Assembly (NCBI GenBank): GCA_963708135.1
Contig: OY970192.1
Coordinates: 4,032,001-4,096,000, forward strand
Direction of reading: 5' to 3'
From: an uncultured Gemmatimonadales bacterium
Lineage (GTDB): Bacteria > Gemmatimonadota > Gemmatimonadetes > Longimicrobiales > RSA9
DNA: 64,000 nt
Part shown: positions 29,744 through 38,961 of the stretch, piece by piece
Layout: the number at the start of each line of letters is the position of its first letter
How positions within the stretch are numbered: the stretch's first letter is position 1
The notes under the pieces: model-generated
Database searches by the model: none
What the model was told of the DNA's origin: nothing
Seen by the model: only the letters and a program-made list of their open reading frames with translations
Translations under genes and position numbers: made by a program

Positions 29744-30709
29744 ATGGCGCAAGCGCAGCAGCGCTCGGTCGCGGAAGGCGCGGCGGGGGTGTCCCTCGAG
29801 GAGCGTCCCGACGGGGGCGGACTCCAGGACAGGCGGGCGATGGACCGCCAGTTCGGGGTCTACGCCATTCTCTCCAGCACGGCGCTGGCCTTCGCGCACC
29901 GCCCCTCCACCTGGCCGCTCATCGCGGCGCTGCACCTGACGGCGGCAGGCCTCGCGGCCGGGCTCGGACCCTTTGCGCGGGTCACGGGGACGCTGCGGCG
30001 GCGCCTGCCGGGCGTGACGGAGCTGCTGCACGACTGGTATCCGCTGATCCTCATGCCGCTCCTCTATACGGAGCTCGCGACGCTGAACCTCGCGGTCTGG
30101 GGCGGGCGGTACTTCGATCCGGTCATCCTGTCGGTGGAGCAGGCGGTCTTCCACGCGCAGCCGAGCCGGATGCTCTGGCAGCGCTTCCCGTACCTGCCGC
30201 TCTCGGAGCTGCTGCACAGCGCGTATCTCTCCTATTACCTGATCATCTACGTCCCGCCGATCGTGCTCTACGCGATGGGCCGGCGGGGGGATTTTCGGCG
30301 GCTCGTGTTTCCGCTCATGCTCACGTATTTCGTGCACTACCTGGTCTTTGTTTACTTCCCGGTCCAGGGTCCTCGCTACCTGTTTCCGGCGCCCGGCGGG
30401 GCGCTGGCGCGGGGACCGGTCTACCGGCTCGCCCACCACATCCTGGAGTCCGGCTCGAGCCGCGGGGCGGCGTTCCCGTCATCCCACGTGGCGGTCTCCA
30501 CGGCGCAGGCCCTGCTGGTAAGGCGCTTTCTGCCACGCCTGTTCCCGTACGTCGCGGTGGCGGCGCTGCTGCTTGCCGTGGGCACCGTCTATGGCGGATT
30601 CCACTACGCCACGGACGCGTGCGTCGGGTTTCTCATGGGGATTCTCCTGGTGCTCCTCGCCCCGAGGGTGAAGCGGCTCCTGCTGGCGCGTTCCGGGGCC
30701 TCCGCGTGA
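29744..30709 (+). CDS. PAP2-superfamily membrane phosphotransferase/phosphatase, Aur1/IPC-synthase-like
   Basis: Multiple TMs; YLSYY, FPVQGPRY, AAFPSSH, FHYATD. Confidence 0.75.
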   Translation: MAQAQQRSVAEGAAGVSLEERPDGGGLQDRRAMDRQFGVYAILSSTALAFAHRPSTWPLIAALHLTAAGLAAGLGPFARVTGTLRRRLPGVTELLHDWYPLILMPLLYTELATLNLAVWGGRYFDPVILSVEQAVFHAQPSRMLWQRFPYLPLSELLHSAYLSYYLIIYVPPIVLYAMGRRGDFRRLVFPLMLTYFVHYLVFVYFPVQGPRYLFPAPGGALARGPVYRLAHHILESGSSRGAAFPSSHVAVSTAQALLVRRFLPRLFPYVAVAALLLAVGTVYGGFHYATDACVGFLMGILLVLLAPRVKRLLLARSGASA

Positions 30710-31440
30710 GCCGACGGCGCCTGCTGCTCGCGGGCGCGACGGCGCTCGCGGCCGTGATCGTATGGAGCGCGTCCGCGGCTCTCCCGTGGCCCGCGCGGGC
30801 GTGGACAGCGCTCCTGCTGACGCTGCTGCCGGTGGTGATGACTGCGCAGGCGGCGGCGGTGGGCGAGCTGCGGGGGGAGGTGCCGCGCACGGCGATCTAT
30901 GCCAGTTCTGCGGTGGCGCTGTGGGGGCTGGCGGCGATCACCGTGATCGTCACCTGGCGCAGCCATCTCGGCCGGGCGAATCTGCGGCTGGTGCCGCTCG
31001 GGCCGGGGCCGCTCCTGGGCTGGGCAGCCGCCACGACGGCTGCCGGGCTGGCCGTGCTGTTCGCCTGGCGGCTGCTCGGCGCGCGGGAGTCGCCGCTGCT
31101 GCGGGACCTGCTCCCGGTGACGGGCCGTGACCGGCTGGGATTCATCGGGCTTTCGGCAACGGCCGGAGCGACCGAGGAGCTCGTCTTCCGCGGCTTCCTG
31201 CTGTTCGCGCTGACGGCGGCCTCCGGATCGGTGGGACTGGCGCTCGTGCTCAGCTCGGCGGTGTTCGGCGTCGCCCATGCATACCAGGATGCGGCGGGCT
31301 CGGTGCGGGCGGGTGTGCTGGGCGCCCTGCTGGCGGGGTGCGCGGTGCTCGCCGGAAGCCTGTTTCCCGCGATGCTGGCCCATGCCGCCATCGACCTGCT
31401 CTCGGGTCTCTGGCTCTCGCGCTGGCTCGTCGGCGACTGA
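30706..31440 (+). CDS. CPBP/CAAX-family intramembrane metalloprotease
   Basis: EELVFRG, FGVAH, HAAID. Confidence 0.9.
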   Translation: MSRRRLLLAGATALAAVIVWSASAALPWPARAWTALLLTLLPVVMTAQAAAVGELRGEVPRTAIYASSAVALWGLAAITVIVTWRSHLGRANLRLVPLGPGPLLGWAAATTAAGLAVLFAWRLLGARESPLLRDLLPVTGRDRLGFIGLSATAGATEELVFRGFLLFALTAASGSVGLALVLSSAVFGVAHAYQDAAGSVRAGVLGALLAGCAVLAGSLFPAMLAHAAIDLLSGLWLSRWLVGD

Positions 31441-31468
31441 GGTGGCGGCGCGCGGAGAGGAGGAGCGG

Positions 31469-32038
31469 ATGGGAGGCGATGTGGAGCGTTGTGGCTGGGC
31501 AGGGACGGATTCGCTGTACGTGGCCTACCACGACACGGAATGGGGCGTCCCGGAACGTGATAGTCGCAAGCTGTTCGAGCACCTGCTGCTCGACGGGATG
31601 CAGGCGGGTCTCTCCTGGATCACCATCCTGCGCAAGCGGGAGGGTTACCGGCGCGCGTTCCTGGACTTTGACCCGGAGCGGATCGCCCGGTTCGGCGATG
31701 CGGATGCGGCGCGCCTCATGGCGGATCCCGGGATCGTGAGGAACCGGCAGAAGGTCGCGGCGGCGATCGGCAATGCGCGTGCGTACCTGGACGTCGAGCA
31801 AGGCGGGAGCTCCTTCTCGGGGCTCCTCTGGGGATTCGTGGGCGGGACGCCCCGGGTGAACCACTGGCGCGCCCTGTCGGATCTTCCCGCGCAGACACCG
31901 GAGTCGACCGCGATGAGCAAGGAGCTGCGGCGCCTCGGGTTCCGCTTCGTCGGCCCGACGATCTGCTATGCGTTCATGCAGGCGGCGGGTCTGGTGAACG
32001 ATCACCTGGTGCGCTGCTTCCGGCACGGCGAGGTCTAG
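31469..32038 (+). CDS. tag: DNA-3-methyladenine glycosylase I
   Basis: RCGW, YHDTEWG, QAGLSW, NDHLVRC. Confidence 0.95.
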   Translation: MGGDVERCGWAGTDSLYVAYHDTEWGVPERDSRKLFEHLLLDGMQAGLSWITILRKREGYRRAFLDFDPERIARFGDADAARLMADPGIVRNRQKVAAAIGNARAYLDVEQGGSSFSGLLWGFVGGTPRVNHWRALSDLPAQTPESTAMSKELRRLGFRFVGPTICYAFMQAAGLVNDHLVRCFRHGEV

Positions 32039-32039
32039 A

Positions 32040-33059
32040 GTGGCGTTGAGGCGGACGCCCGCGCACCGAGCGCCGGACGGCCGGTTCGTGAACCCCTGGC
32101 CGACGGCGGAGGGGGCCGAGCACGGCGCCGGCGACATGCTGCGCTGGATGTGGGAGCGACAGCGGAACGGGGTGGCGCCGAACCCTCCGGCGGAGGCGCT
32201 GCCGGTGGTGGAGAGCGACATCGCGGCGCCGCGGGGCGCGCCGGGCGAGCTGCGCGTCACCTGGGTCGGGCACTCGACGCTCCTGGTCCAGATCGGACCG
32301 TACAACGTACTGACGGACCCGGTGTGGGGCCGGCGTGCCTCGCCCGTTTCCTGGGCGGGTCCGGCACGGCTGGCGCCGCCGGGCATCGAGCTCGATGCAC
32401 TGCCGCCGATCGACGCCGTTGTGCTCTCGCACGATCACTACGACCACCTGGACGACCCGACCGTCCGGCGGCTGCACGAGCGCTACCCGGACTCACTGGT
32501 GTGGCTCACCCCACTTGGCTACAGCCACTGGCTCAGGCGGCGCGGGATCCGGCAGGTGGGCGAGCTGGATTGGTGGCAGGCGGCGACACTGGACACGCAG
32601 GGCGCACCGCTGTCGCTGCGCCTCACCCCTGCGCAGCACTGGACCCGGCGCGGGCCCGGCCGGCAGCGGCGGCTGTGGGGCTCGTGGGCCCTGCGAGGGC
32701 CGGGCGGCGCCAGCTTCTACTTCGGCGGGGACACCGGCTACTTCCCCGGCTTCCGTGAGATCGGCGAGCGGGCCGGGCCGTTCGATGCGCTGGCGCTTCC
32801 GATCGGGGCGTACGAGCCGCGCTGGTTCATGCGGCCGATGCACATGAACCCGGAGGAAGCGGTGCAGGCGTATGGCGAGCTGGGCGGCCGCGGCACCTTC
32901 GTCGCGACGCACTGGGGCACGTTCCGGCTGACGGACGAGCCGGTGCTGGAACCGCCGGTCCGGGTGCGGCGTGCATGGCGCGCGGCGGGCCGCGCGGACG
33001 CCGCTCTGGCCGTGCTCCGCCACGGCGAGTCCATCCGGATTCCGACGGAAGCGGCGTGA
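32040..33059 (+). CDS. NAPE-PLD-like MBL-fold phosphodiesterase
   Basis: WVGHST, SHDHYDHLD, PAQHW, GDTGY, PIGAYEPRWFM, HWGTF. Confidence 0.85.
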   Translation: MALRRTPAHRAPDGRFVNPWPTAEGAEHGAGDMLRWMWERQRNGVAPNPPAEALPVVESDIAAPRGAPGELRVTWVGHSTLLVQIGPYNVLTDPVWGRRASPVSWAGPARLAPPGIELDALPPIDAVVLSHDHYDHLDDPTVRRLHERYPDSLVWLTPLGYSHWLRRRGIRQVGELDWWQAATLDTQGAPLSLRLTPAQHWTRRGPGRQRRLWGSWALRGPGGASFYFGGDTGYFPGFREIGERAGPFDALALPIGAYEPRWFMRPMHMNPEEAVQAYGELGGRGTFVATHWGTFRLTDEPVLEPPVRVRRAWRAAGRADAALAVLRHGESIRIPTEAA

Positions 33060-33390
33060 AGCGGCCGGCAGCAGCCGCGCCCGGACGGACCACGCGGTGC
33101 GGGGGTGTCGGATCGCGACGGGCGCGAGCAAAAAGTAGCGGGTGGCCGCGGTGTCGGCGCAGCGCGCAACCCGATCGGCCGGGGGCACGAAACGCGAGCG
33201 AGAGGGAAAACGTAGTGGAACGCTAGGGAGTTTCGCGGCGAAGAACGAGGATGGCGCGGGCCCCTCGAAGCGTAGATTGGCGCCGGGGGTGTAGGGAACG
33301 GGGCTTGCGGAACGTTCCTATTGGAGGGGGATAAGAGAAGAGGGCCACGACTGATGGAGGACGGGGTCTTCGAGGGAAGGGAGCAGGATC

Positions 33391-33810
33391 GTGATCATTC
33401 CCTGCAGCTACGAGGAGCTGATGGCGCTGACGTCCGGCGCGGAACGCGTGCTTGGCGTGCTGGCCGGAGGCACGGGCGTGCTGGCGCCGCCCGAGGAAAC
33501 GGCGGAGGTCGAGGCGCTGCTCAGCCGGCTGGACGGGGACCTGGAGGTCCACACGCTGGCGGAGCAGCAGCGCGTCGCCCACGCGGTCGAGTTGATCCTG
33601 GAGACGCTCCGGGAGCGGATGGACGAGGCGGTGCTGACGCAGCACGTGGGGGCGGAGGACGCCGTCGTCGCCTACTTCGACTATGCGCACGTACTCACGA
33701 TCGATGACCGGCTGTCGCGCGTTGGCGCGCAGATGACGGGCATGATCGAGCTGATGACCGGGGCTCCGCCGGACGAGGACACGGCGCGGGAGATCAACTT
33801 CGGGGACTGA
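33391..33810 (+). CDS. Hypothetical acidic helical protein
   Basis: 139-aa ORF with SD-like upstream sequence and GC3-biased codons. Confidence 0.75.
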   Translation: MIIPCSYEELMALTSGAERVLGVLAGGTGVLAPPEETAEVEALLSRLDGDLEVHTLAEQQRVAHAVELILETLRERMDEAVLTQHVGAEDAVVAYFDYAHVLTIDDRLSRVGAQMTGMIELMTGAPPDEDTAREINFGD

Positions 33811-33912
33811 TCCGGGCAGGGACGGGAACGAGGTCGGCGGGCCGACCCTCGAGAGGGCCGGCCCGTGGCGTATCCGGTATCCCAGCACGGACCGGGAAAC
33901 GGTCCACTAGAA

Positions 33913-35079
33913 CTAGACGACGTTGTACTCGCCCGTCGCCGAAGCATCCTCGAAGCGGGTCCACCGGAGTGGCTCGATATCGACGGTGCGGGCGCGGCCG
34001 TCGAGGATCTCCTCTGCCAGGAGCAGCCCGGCGACCGGGCCGTGCATGAGGCCGTGGCCGCTGAAGCCGGTGCAGGCGTAGAGCCCGTCGATCTGCGGCA
34101 GACGCCCGAGGATCGGCTGGTCATCGGGAGTCACCTCGTAGAGCCCGGCCCACTCGGCCGCCAGACCGGCCTCAGCGAGGAGCGGGAGCCTCTCGATCGC
34201 GTGGGCGATGTGGACGGCGCGCCACTCGGGATCCACCGAGGTCTCGAAGCCCGGCGGCTCGTCGGGGTTGGACATGCCGGTCAGCACGCCGCCGCTCTCA
34301 CGGTGGAAGTAGAGGGCGCGGCTGAAGTCGATCACGAAAGGGAACTCCGGCGCCAGCGCCGGGAGTGGCGTGGTGACGGCGATCTGACGGCGCACGGGGC
34401 GGACCGGGAGATCGATGCCGGCCAGGCGGCCGACCTCGCCCGACCATGGCCCGGCGGCGATCACGACCCGGGGCGCATCGATGTCACCGAGCGGGGTGGT
34501 CACGCCGAGGACGCGACCGGCCTCCGCCCGGATGGCGAGCACGGGCGCACGCGTGAGCAACGTCGCCCCCAGGCGGCGGGCGTTCCGCAGATAGCCCGAG
34601 AGCACGCCGTGCGGGTCCACCAGCCCATCCCGCGCGCAGAAGCTGCCGCCGAGGATCCCCTCCAGCGTGACCTGCGGCACCAGGTCCGCGATCTCGGCCG
34701 GACCCACCATCCGGCTGCCCACGCCCAGGCGGTTCTGCAGCGCCACGGCGGCGCGGAACCGCGCCAGGTCGCCTTCCCCGTCCAGCAGGAACAGGTAACC
34801 GCAGAGCCGCAGCTCGACCTCCTGCTCCAGCTCCTCCGGGAACCGCTCCAGCATCGCGATGCTCTCCCTCGAGAGCTCGACGTTTACGGCCGTCGAGAAC
34901 TGGTGACGGACGCCACCCGCGTTCAGGCCGGTGGCGCCCGCGCCGAAGAGCTCGGCGGCCTCGAGCAGGACGACATCGCCGCACCCCCGGGCGGCAAGGT
35001 GATACGCGGTGCTGGCGCCCATCACGCCGCCCCCGATCACCACCACCTCCGCCGTGCCCGGCAGACGTCCTCCGCTCAT
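33913..35079 (-). CDS. FAD-dependent oxidoreductase (DAO / sarcosine oxidase beta-like)
   Basis: IGGGVMG, AAGPWS, WAGLYEVTPD, GFSGHG. Confidence 0.9.
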   Translation of the reverse strand: MSGGRLPGTAEVVVIGGGVMGASTAYHLAARGCGDVVLLEAAELFGAGATGLNAGGVRHQFSTAVNVELSRESIAMLERFPEELEQEVELRLCGYLFLLDGEGDLARFRAAVALQNRLGVGSRMVGPAEIADLVPQVTLEGILGGSFCARDGLVDPHGVLSGYLRNARRLGATLLTRAPVLAIRAEAGRVLGVTTPLGDIDAPRVVIAAGPWSGEVGRLAGIDLPVRPVRRQIAVTTPLPALAPEFPFVIDFSRALYFHRESGGVLTGMSNPDEPPGFETSVDPEWRAVHIAHAIERLPLLAEAGLAAEWAGLYEVTPDDQPILGRLPQIDGLYACTGFSGHGLMHGPVAGLLLAEEILDGRARTVDIEPLRWTRFEDASATGEYNVV

Positions 35080-35424
35080 GGCTCGGCGCCGCTGCTCACG
35101 ACCCGTTTCCCCATGGGCGCCAATGTAGCGCGCCCGGCCCGTCGCGACACCGGGCCGGGTTCGCGGCGCCGCGGCCGGCCCCGCCGCGGCGGTCGTGAGG
35201 ACGGTCGCTCCGGTCCCGCTCCCGGTGCTCCTCGGCGGCCGTACTCCGGCGCATGGGTGGGCGCCGTGCCGAGAATCAGTAGTGTTCTACAGATTCCGGA
35301 TGGGAACAGATCCGGCGAATGGAGCGTATCTCCGGCAGGTACTGGAACCGTGGCGGCGCTCCGGTTAGCTTTTCCGGGCGCACACGATGACAGGCAATGA
35401 GGATCCTCCGGGAAGGGAGGCCGA

Positions 35425-36144
35425 GTGACGGGGCTGGGAAGGCGTGCATCGGCATACTGGGAGCGCGTGCGGAAGCCGGCGATGATGTTCGTGGTAGGGA
35501 TGGCGCTGGCGGGTCCGTCGAGCGCGTTCCTGGTCCAGGAGCGGGCGGCGCGCGCGGTAGCGCCCGCCGCGCCGGAGGCGCTGGCGAGCGGCATCGACTG
35601 GAACACGGCAGACATGACGGAGCGTCGCGCGGCGCTGACGCTGCGGCTGGCGCAGCTCTTCGATGTCCCGCTGGGTCTGGCGACGGAGATCCATTCCGCG
35701 GCTGAGCAGGAGGGGATTCCCGCACGGCTGGCGTTCGGGCTGGTGCGCACGGAGTCGAGCTTCAAGCGGACGGCGGTTTCACCGGTGGGGGCGGTGGGGT
35801 ACACGCAGCTCATGCCCGCGACGGCGCGGCTCTTCAGGCCGGGGCTGACGCGGCAGGAGTTGTTCGAGCCAGCGGTGAACCTGCACGTGGGGTTCCGCTA
35901 CCTGCACGAGCTGATGGACCGCTACGATGGCGACGTCCGGCTGGCGCTCACGGCGTACAATCGTGGTCCGGGGATCGTGGACCGGCTGGTGGAGCGTGGC
36001 CGCGACCCGGAGAACGGGTATGCCGACCTGGTGTTGCGGGACCCTGCGTCGGAGCCGCGAGGGACGAGCACGCCAGTGGTGCTCGCCGCACGGCGGACGA
36101 AGGTGGTGCGCAAGGGACGCGGACGGCGGCGGCCCGCCAGCTGA
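35425..36144 (+). CDS. SLT-domain lytic transglycosylase
   Basis: TES, GAVGYTQLMP, AYNRG; N-terminal hydrophobic segment; basic C-terminal tail. Confidence 0.9.
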   Translation: MTGLGRRASAYWERVRKPAMMFVVGMALAGPSSAFLVQERAARAVAPAAPEALASGIDWNTADMTERRAALTLRLAQLFDVPLGLATEIHSAAEQEGIPARLAFGLVRTESSFKRTAVSPVGAVGYTQLMPATARLFRPGLTRQELFEPAVNLHVGFRYLHELMDRYDGDVRLALTAYNRGPGIVDRLVERGRDPENGYADLVLRDPASEPRGTSTPVVLAARRTKVVRKGRGRRRPAS

Positions 36145-36242
36145 CGGCGTCGGACGCCAGAGTCGGGAGCGCCGGTCCTCCACGCTGGAGGGCGGGCGCT
36201 TTCTCGTGCTGTCGAGCAGGAGCCCGGCGCTCGGGGCTCGGA

Positions 36243-37337
36243 TCAGTCGCCGAAGGAGATTCCGACGTCGCGGGCGGTGAGGATGATGTCGGAGTCGAGA
36301 GCGACGCGCTTGAGCTCCCGGACGGCGTCCTCGATCGGCACGGCGCGCATCTCGGCGTCGGCGAAGGCGACCATGCTTCCGAACCTCCGCTCCGCCACGA
36401 GGCGGACGGCGGCGGCGCCGAAGCGCTGCGCGATGAGGCGGTCGTAGGCGGTGGGGGTGCCACCGCGCTGGAGGTGTCCGAGCACGAGGGAGCGGGACTC
36501 GCGGCCGGTGCGGCGGGAGATCTCGTCGGCGACCTGCTCGGCAATGCCGCCGTAGCGGGCCTCGCGGCCCGGCTCGGCTCTGCTCAGGAGCTCGGCGTAG
36601 CCGCCGGCCGGCGTGGCGCCCTCGGCGGCGACCACGATCGCGAAGCGGCGTCCGGCGTTGTAGCGGGCCTGGATCTTCTCGGCGACGCGGTCGTAGTCGA
36701 AGGGGATCTCGGGAACGAGAATGACATCGGCGGTCCCTGCGAGGCCGGCGTAGAGCGCGATCCAGCCGGTGTGGCGGCCCATCACCTCGACGACCATGAC
36801 GCGCTCGTGGCTCTCGGCGGTGGAGTGCAGCTTGTCGATGGCGTCGGTCGCGGTCTGGACGGCGGTGTGGAAGCCGAAGGTCAGCTGAGTGCAGGCGAGG
36901 TCGTTATCGATGGTCTTGGGCACGCCGACGACGGGGAGCCCCTTGGCGGCGAGACGGCTCGCGATGCGGAGCGAGCCGTCTCCGCCGATCGCGATGAGCG
37001 CATCGAATCCGTGGCGGCGGAAGGCGGCGAGCACCTCGTCGGAGCGGTCCACCGTGGCCACGACGCCGCCCGGTCCGGGAAGGGGCCACTCGAAGGGGTT
37101 GCCGCGGTTGGTGGTCCCGAGGATGGTCCCGCCGATGTGGGTGATGCCGCGGACGGACTCGGCATAGAGGCGGGTGATCGCGTCTTCGCCGAGCAGGCCG
37201 CCGTAGCCCTTCCGGACGCCGTAGACCTCCCAGCCGCGGTGTATGGCGGACAGGACGGCGGCGCGCAGAACCGCGTTCAGGCCGGGCGCGTCGCCGCCGC
37301 CGGTGTTGAGCGCGATTCGCTGGATGGCTCGGGGCAT
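36243..37337 (-). CDS. pfkA: 6-phosphofructokinase (group III type)
   Basis: GGGDAPGLN, GGDGS, PKTIDND, EVMGR, LGHLQRGG. Confidence 0.93.
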   Translation of the reverse strand: MPRAIQRIALNTGGGDAPGLNAVLRAAVLSAIHRGWEVYGVRKGYGGLLGEDAITRLYAESVRGITHIGGTILGTTNRGNPFEWPLPGPGGVVATVDRSDEVLAAFRRHGFDALIAIGGDGSLRIASRLAAKGLPVVGVPKTIDNDLACTQLTFGFHTAVQTATDAIDKLHSTAESHERVMVVEVMGRHTGWIALYAGLAGTADVILVPEIPFDYDRVAEKIQARYNAGRRFAIVVAAEGATPAGGYAELLSRAEPGREARYGGIAEQVADEISRRTGRESRSLVLGHLQRGGTPTAYDRLIAQRFGAAAVRLVAERRFGSMVAFADAEMRAVPIEDAVRELKRVALDSDIILTARDVGISFGD

Positions 37338-37349
37338 CGGGTCAGCGGC

Positions 37350-37568
37350 TCAGGCGAGGGCGTCGCGGATCTCTTCCCAGGACGGGTGCCGGCCGGTCCG
37401 GCGCTTCGAGAAGATGAGCTCCCCATCGCGGCTCACCTCGAAGACACCGCCTCTGGACTCGACCAGCTCGACGTCGGTGCCGGGGAACGCTTCCGCGATC
37501 GAGGCCTCCAGCCTGGAGGCACGCGGGAAGTAGTTTCAGACGCCGCAATACTCGATCCTGACGTGCAT
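37350..37568 (-). CDS. SelW/SelT/SelH (Rdx) family selenoprotein, 72 aa, Sec at codon 11
   Basis: MHVRIEYCGV-TGA-NYFPRA...GGVFEV...LIFSK...HP; SD GAGGAG; hairpin downstream of the TGA. Confidence 0.9.
37504..37520 (-). promoter_or_regulatory. Candidate bacterial SECIS hairpin GCCTCCA-GGC-TGGAGGC
   Basis: Perfect 7-bp stem beginning 15 nt 3' of the in-frame UGA. Confidence 0.6.
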
Positions 37569-37647
37569 CGGCCTCTCCTCGGGAAGACGGCTTCGCCGGC
37601 CGGGCGCGGTCCGCGGAGCCCCTGGAGCCGCGCCTCGTCGCGCGGAA

Positions 37648-37676
37648 AGCGTAGCAGGCGGCTTGCGGCGCGTCAA
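37648..37676 (-). promoter_or_regulatory. sigma70 promoter TTGACG-N17-TACGCT for selenoprotein-pfkA
   Basis: Near-consensus hexamers with 17-bp spacer. Confidence 0.6.
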
Positions 37677-37808
37677 CGGAGCGCGCGCCCGAGCCGGATC
37701 GGCGGGGTCGCCACCCCTTCCTCACCTTCGGGTGCGGCTTTAGGTTGAGGCGGAAAGGCGTGCGGGCGCGCGCCTCGTGCCCGTTCTCGGGGGAAGGACC
37801 GAATTGAA

Positions 37809-38105
37809 ATGCCGACCGAAAAGGACATCCGAAAGGTGCTCCGCCGGGTCAAGGACCCGGAGCTGAACCTCGACGTGGTGGTGCTCGGACTCGTCTACGG
37901 CGTGGAGGTGCAGGACTCGCACGTGCACGTGACGATGTCGCTGACGACGCCGATGTGCCCGGCGGGCGGGCAGATCGTGGAGGAGGCGAAAGCGGCGGTC
38001 GAGTCGATGGAGGGGGTGGAATCCGCGGACGTCGAGCTGACCTTCGAGCCGCCGTGGTCGCCGGACCGGATCGATCCGCTGATCCGCTCCGCGCTGGGGA
38101 TCTGA
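37809..38105 (+). CDS. DUF59/SufT-like metal-sulfur cluster assembly factor
   Basis: DPEL, LGLVY, LTTPMCP, FEPPW. Confidence 0.92.
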   Translation: MPTEKDIRKVLRRVKDPELNLDVVVLGLVYGVEVQDSHVHVTMSLTTPMCPAGGQIVEEAKAAVESMEGVESADVELTFEPPWSPDRIDPLIRSALGI

Positions 38106-38163
38106 GGCGGGGCCGGGGGACGCGGCCGGTGGGACGCGGGGGCCCGACGCGGATGCGCGGGGC

Positions 38164-38961
38164 GTGAGGGTCCGAGAAGCGGGATCCGGTGAAGCCGTGC
38201 TGCTGGTGCACGGCTTTCCCTTTTCCTCCCGGCTCTGGGCTGAGCAGCTCGCGCGGCCGCCGGAGGGATGGCGCCTGATCGCGCCGGACCTGCCGGGCTT
38301 CGGCGAGAGCCCACCTCCGGCCGCGGCCGTCGATGCGTATTCCATGGACCTGTTCGCTGACGTGCTCGCGGCGCTGCTGGACGAGAAGGGGATCGGGAAG
38401 GCGGTCGTGTGCGGGCTGTCGATGGGCGGCTACATCGCCCTGGCGCTCTGGAGGCGCCACCGCGACCGGGTCGCCGCGCTGGTGCTGGCGGACACCCGTG
38501 CCGAGACGGACGACGCGGCGGCGCGAGCGGCGCGCGCGAGCTCCACGGCAGGGGTGCGGGCGCGCGGCTCCGTCGCGGAGGCGGTGGAGTCCATGCTGCC
38601 GCGCCTGCTTTCCGCCGCCACGCTCCGGGACCGACCGGGCGTCGTGAAGCGGCTCCGCGGCATGATGGAGACGACGCCAGTGGAGACGTTCGCCCGCGCC
38701 CAGACCGGCATGGCCGTGCGACCGGACTCCACCGGGCTGCTCCCGGCGATCGACGTGCCCGCGCTGGTGGTGGTAGGCGCGGAGGACGGCATCACCCCGC
38801 CCGCCGCAGCCCGGGCGATGGCGGCGGCGATTCCGGGGGCGGCGCTCCGGGTGATCCCGGCAGCGGGCCACGTGACGCCGCCGGAGGTACCGGCCGCGTT
38901 CGGCGCGGCACTGTCCGGCTTCCTGGAAGGACTCAGGCCTCGTCGCCCGCCTGGGCGATGA
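38164..38961 (+). CDS. Alpha/beta-fold hydrolase
   Basis: [25 protein letters not shown]. Confidence 0.9.
   Translation: MRVREAGSGEAVLLVHGFPFSSRLWAEQLARPPEGWRLIAPDLPGFGESPPPAAAVDAYSMDLFADVLAALLDEKGIGKAVVCGLSMGGYIALALWRRHRDRVAALVLADTRAETDDAAARAARASSTAGVRARGSVAEAVESMLPRLLSAATLRDRPGVVKRLRGMMETTPVETFARAQTGMAVRPDSTGLLPAIDVPALVVVGAEDGITPPAAARAMAAAIPGAALRVIPAAGHVTPPEVPAAFGAALSGFLEGLRPRRPPGR

Noticed and set aside
33287..33321. LexA/SOS-like palindrome (GGAACGTTCC region)
   Set aside because: Spacing does not fit GAAC-N4-GTTC, and the downstream gene has no evident repair function.
35280..35424. c-di-AMP (ydaO), c-di-GMP riboswitch or 6S RNA
   Set aside because: The conserved sequence blocks of these families were not recognisable; kept only as an unknown structured leader.
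37342..37725. 127-aa ORF from the track upstream of pfkA
   Set aside because: Wrong frame; the real gene is the UGA-containing Rdx selenoprotein at 37350-37568.
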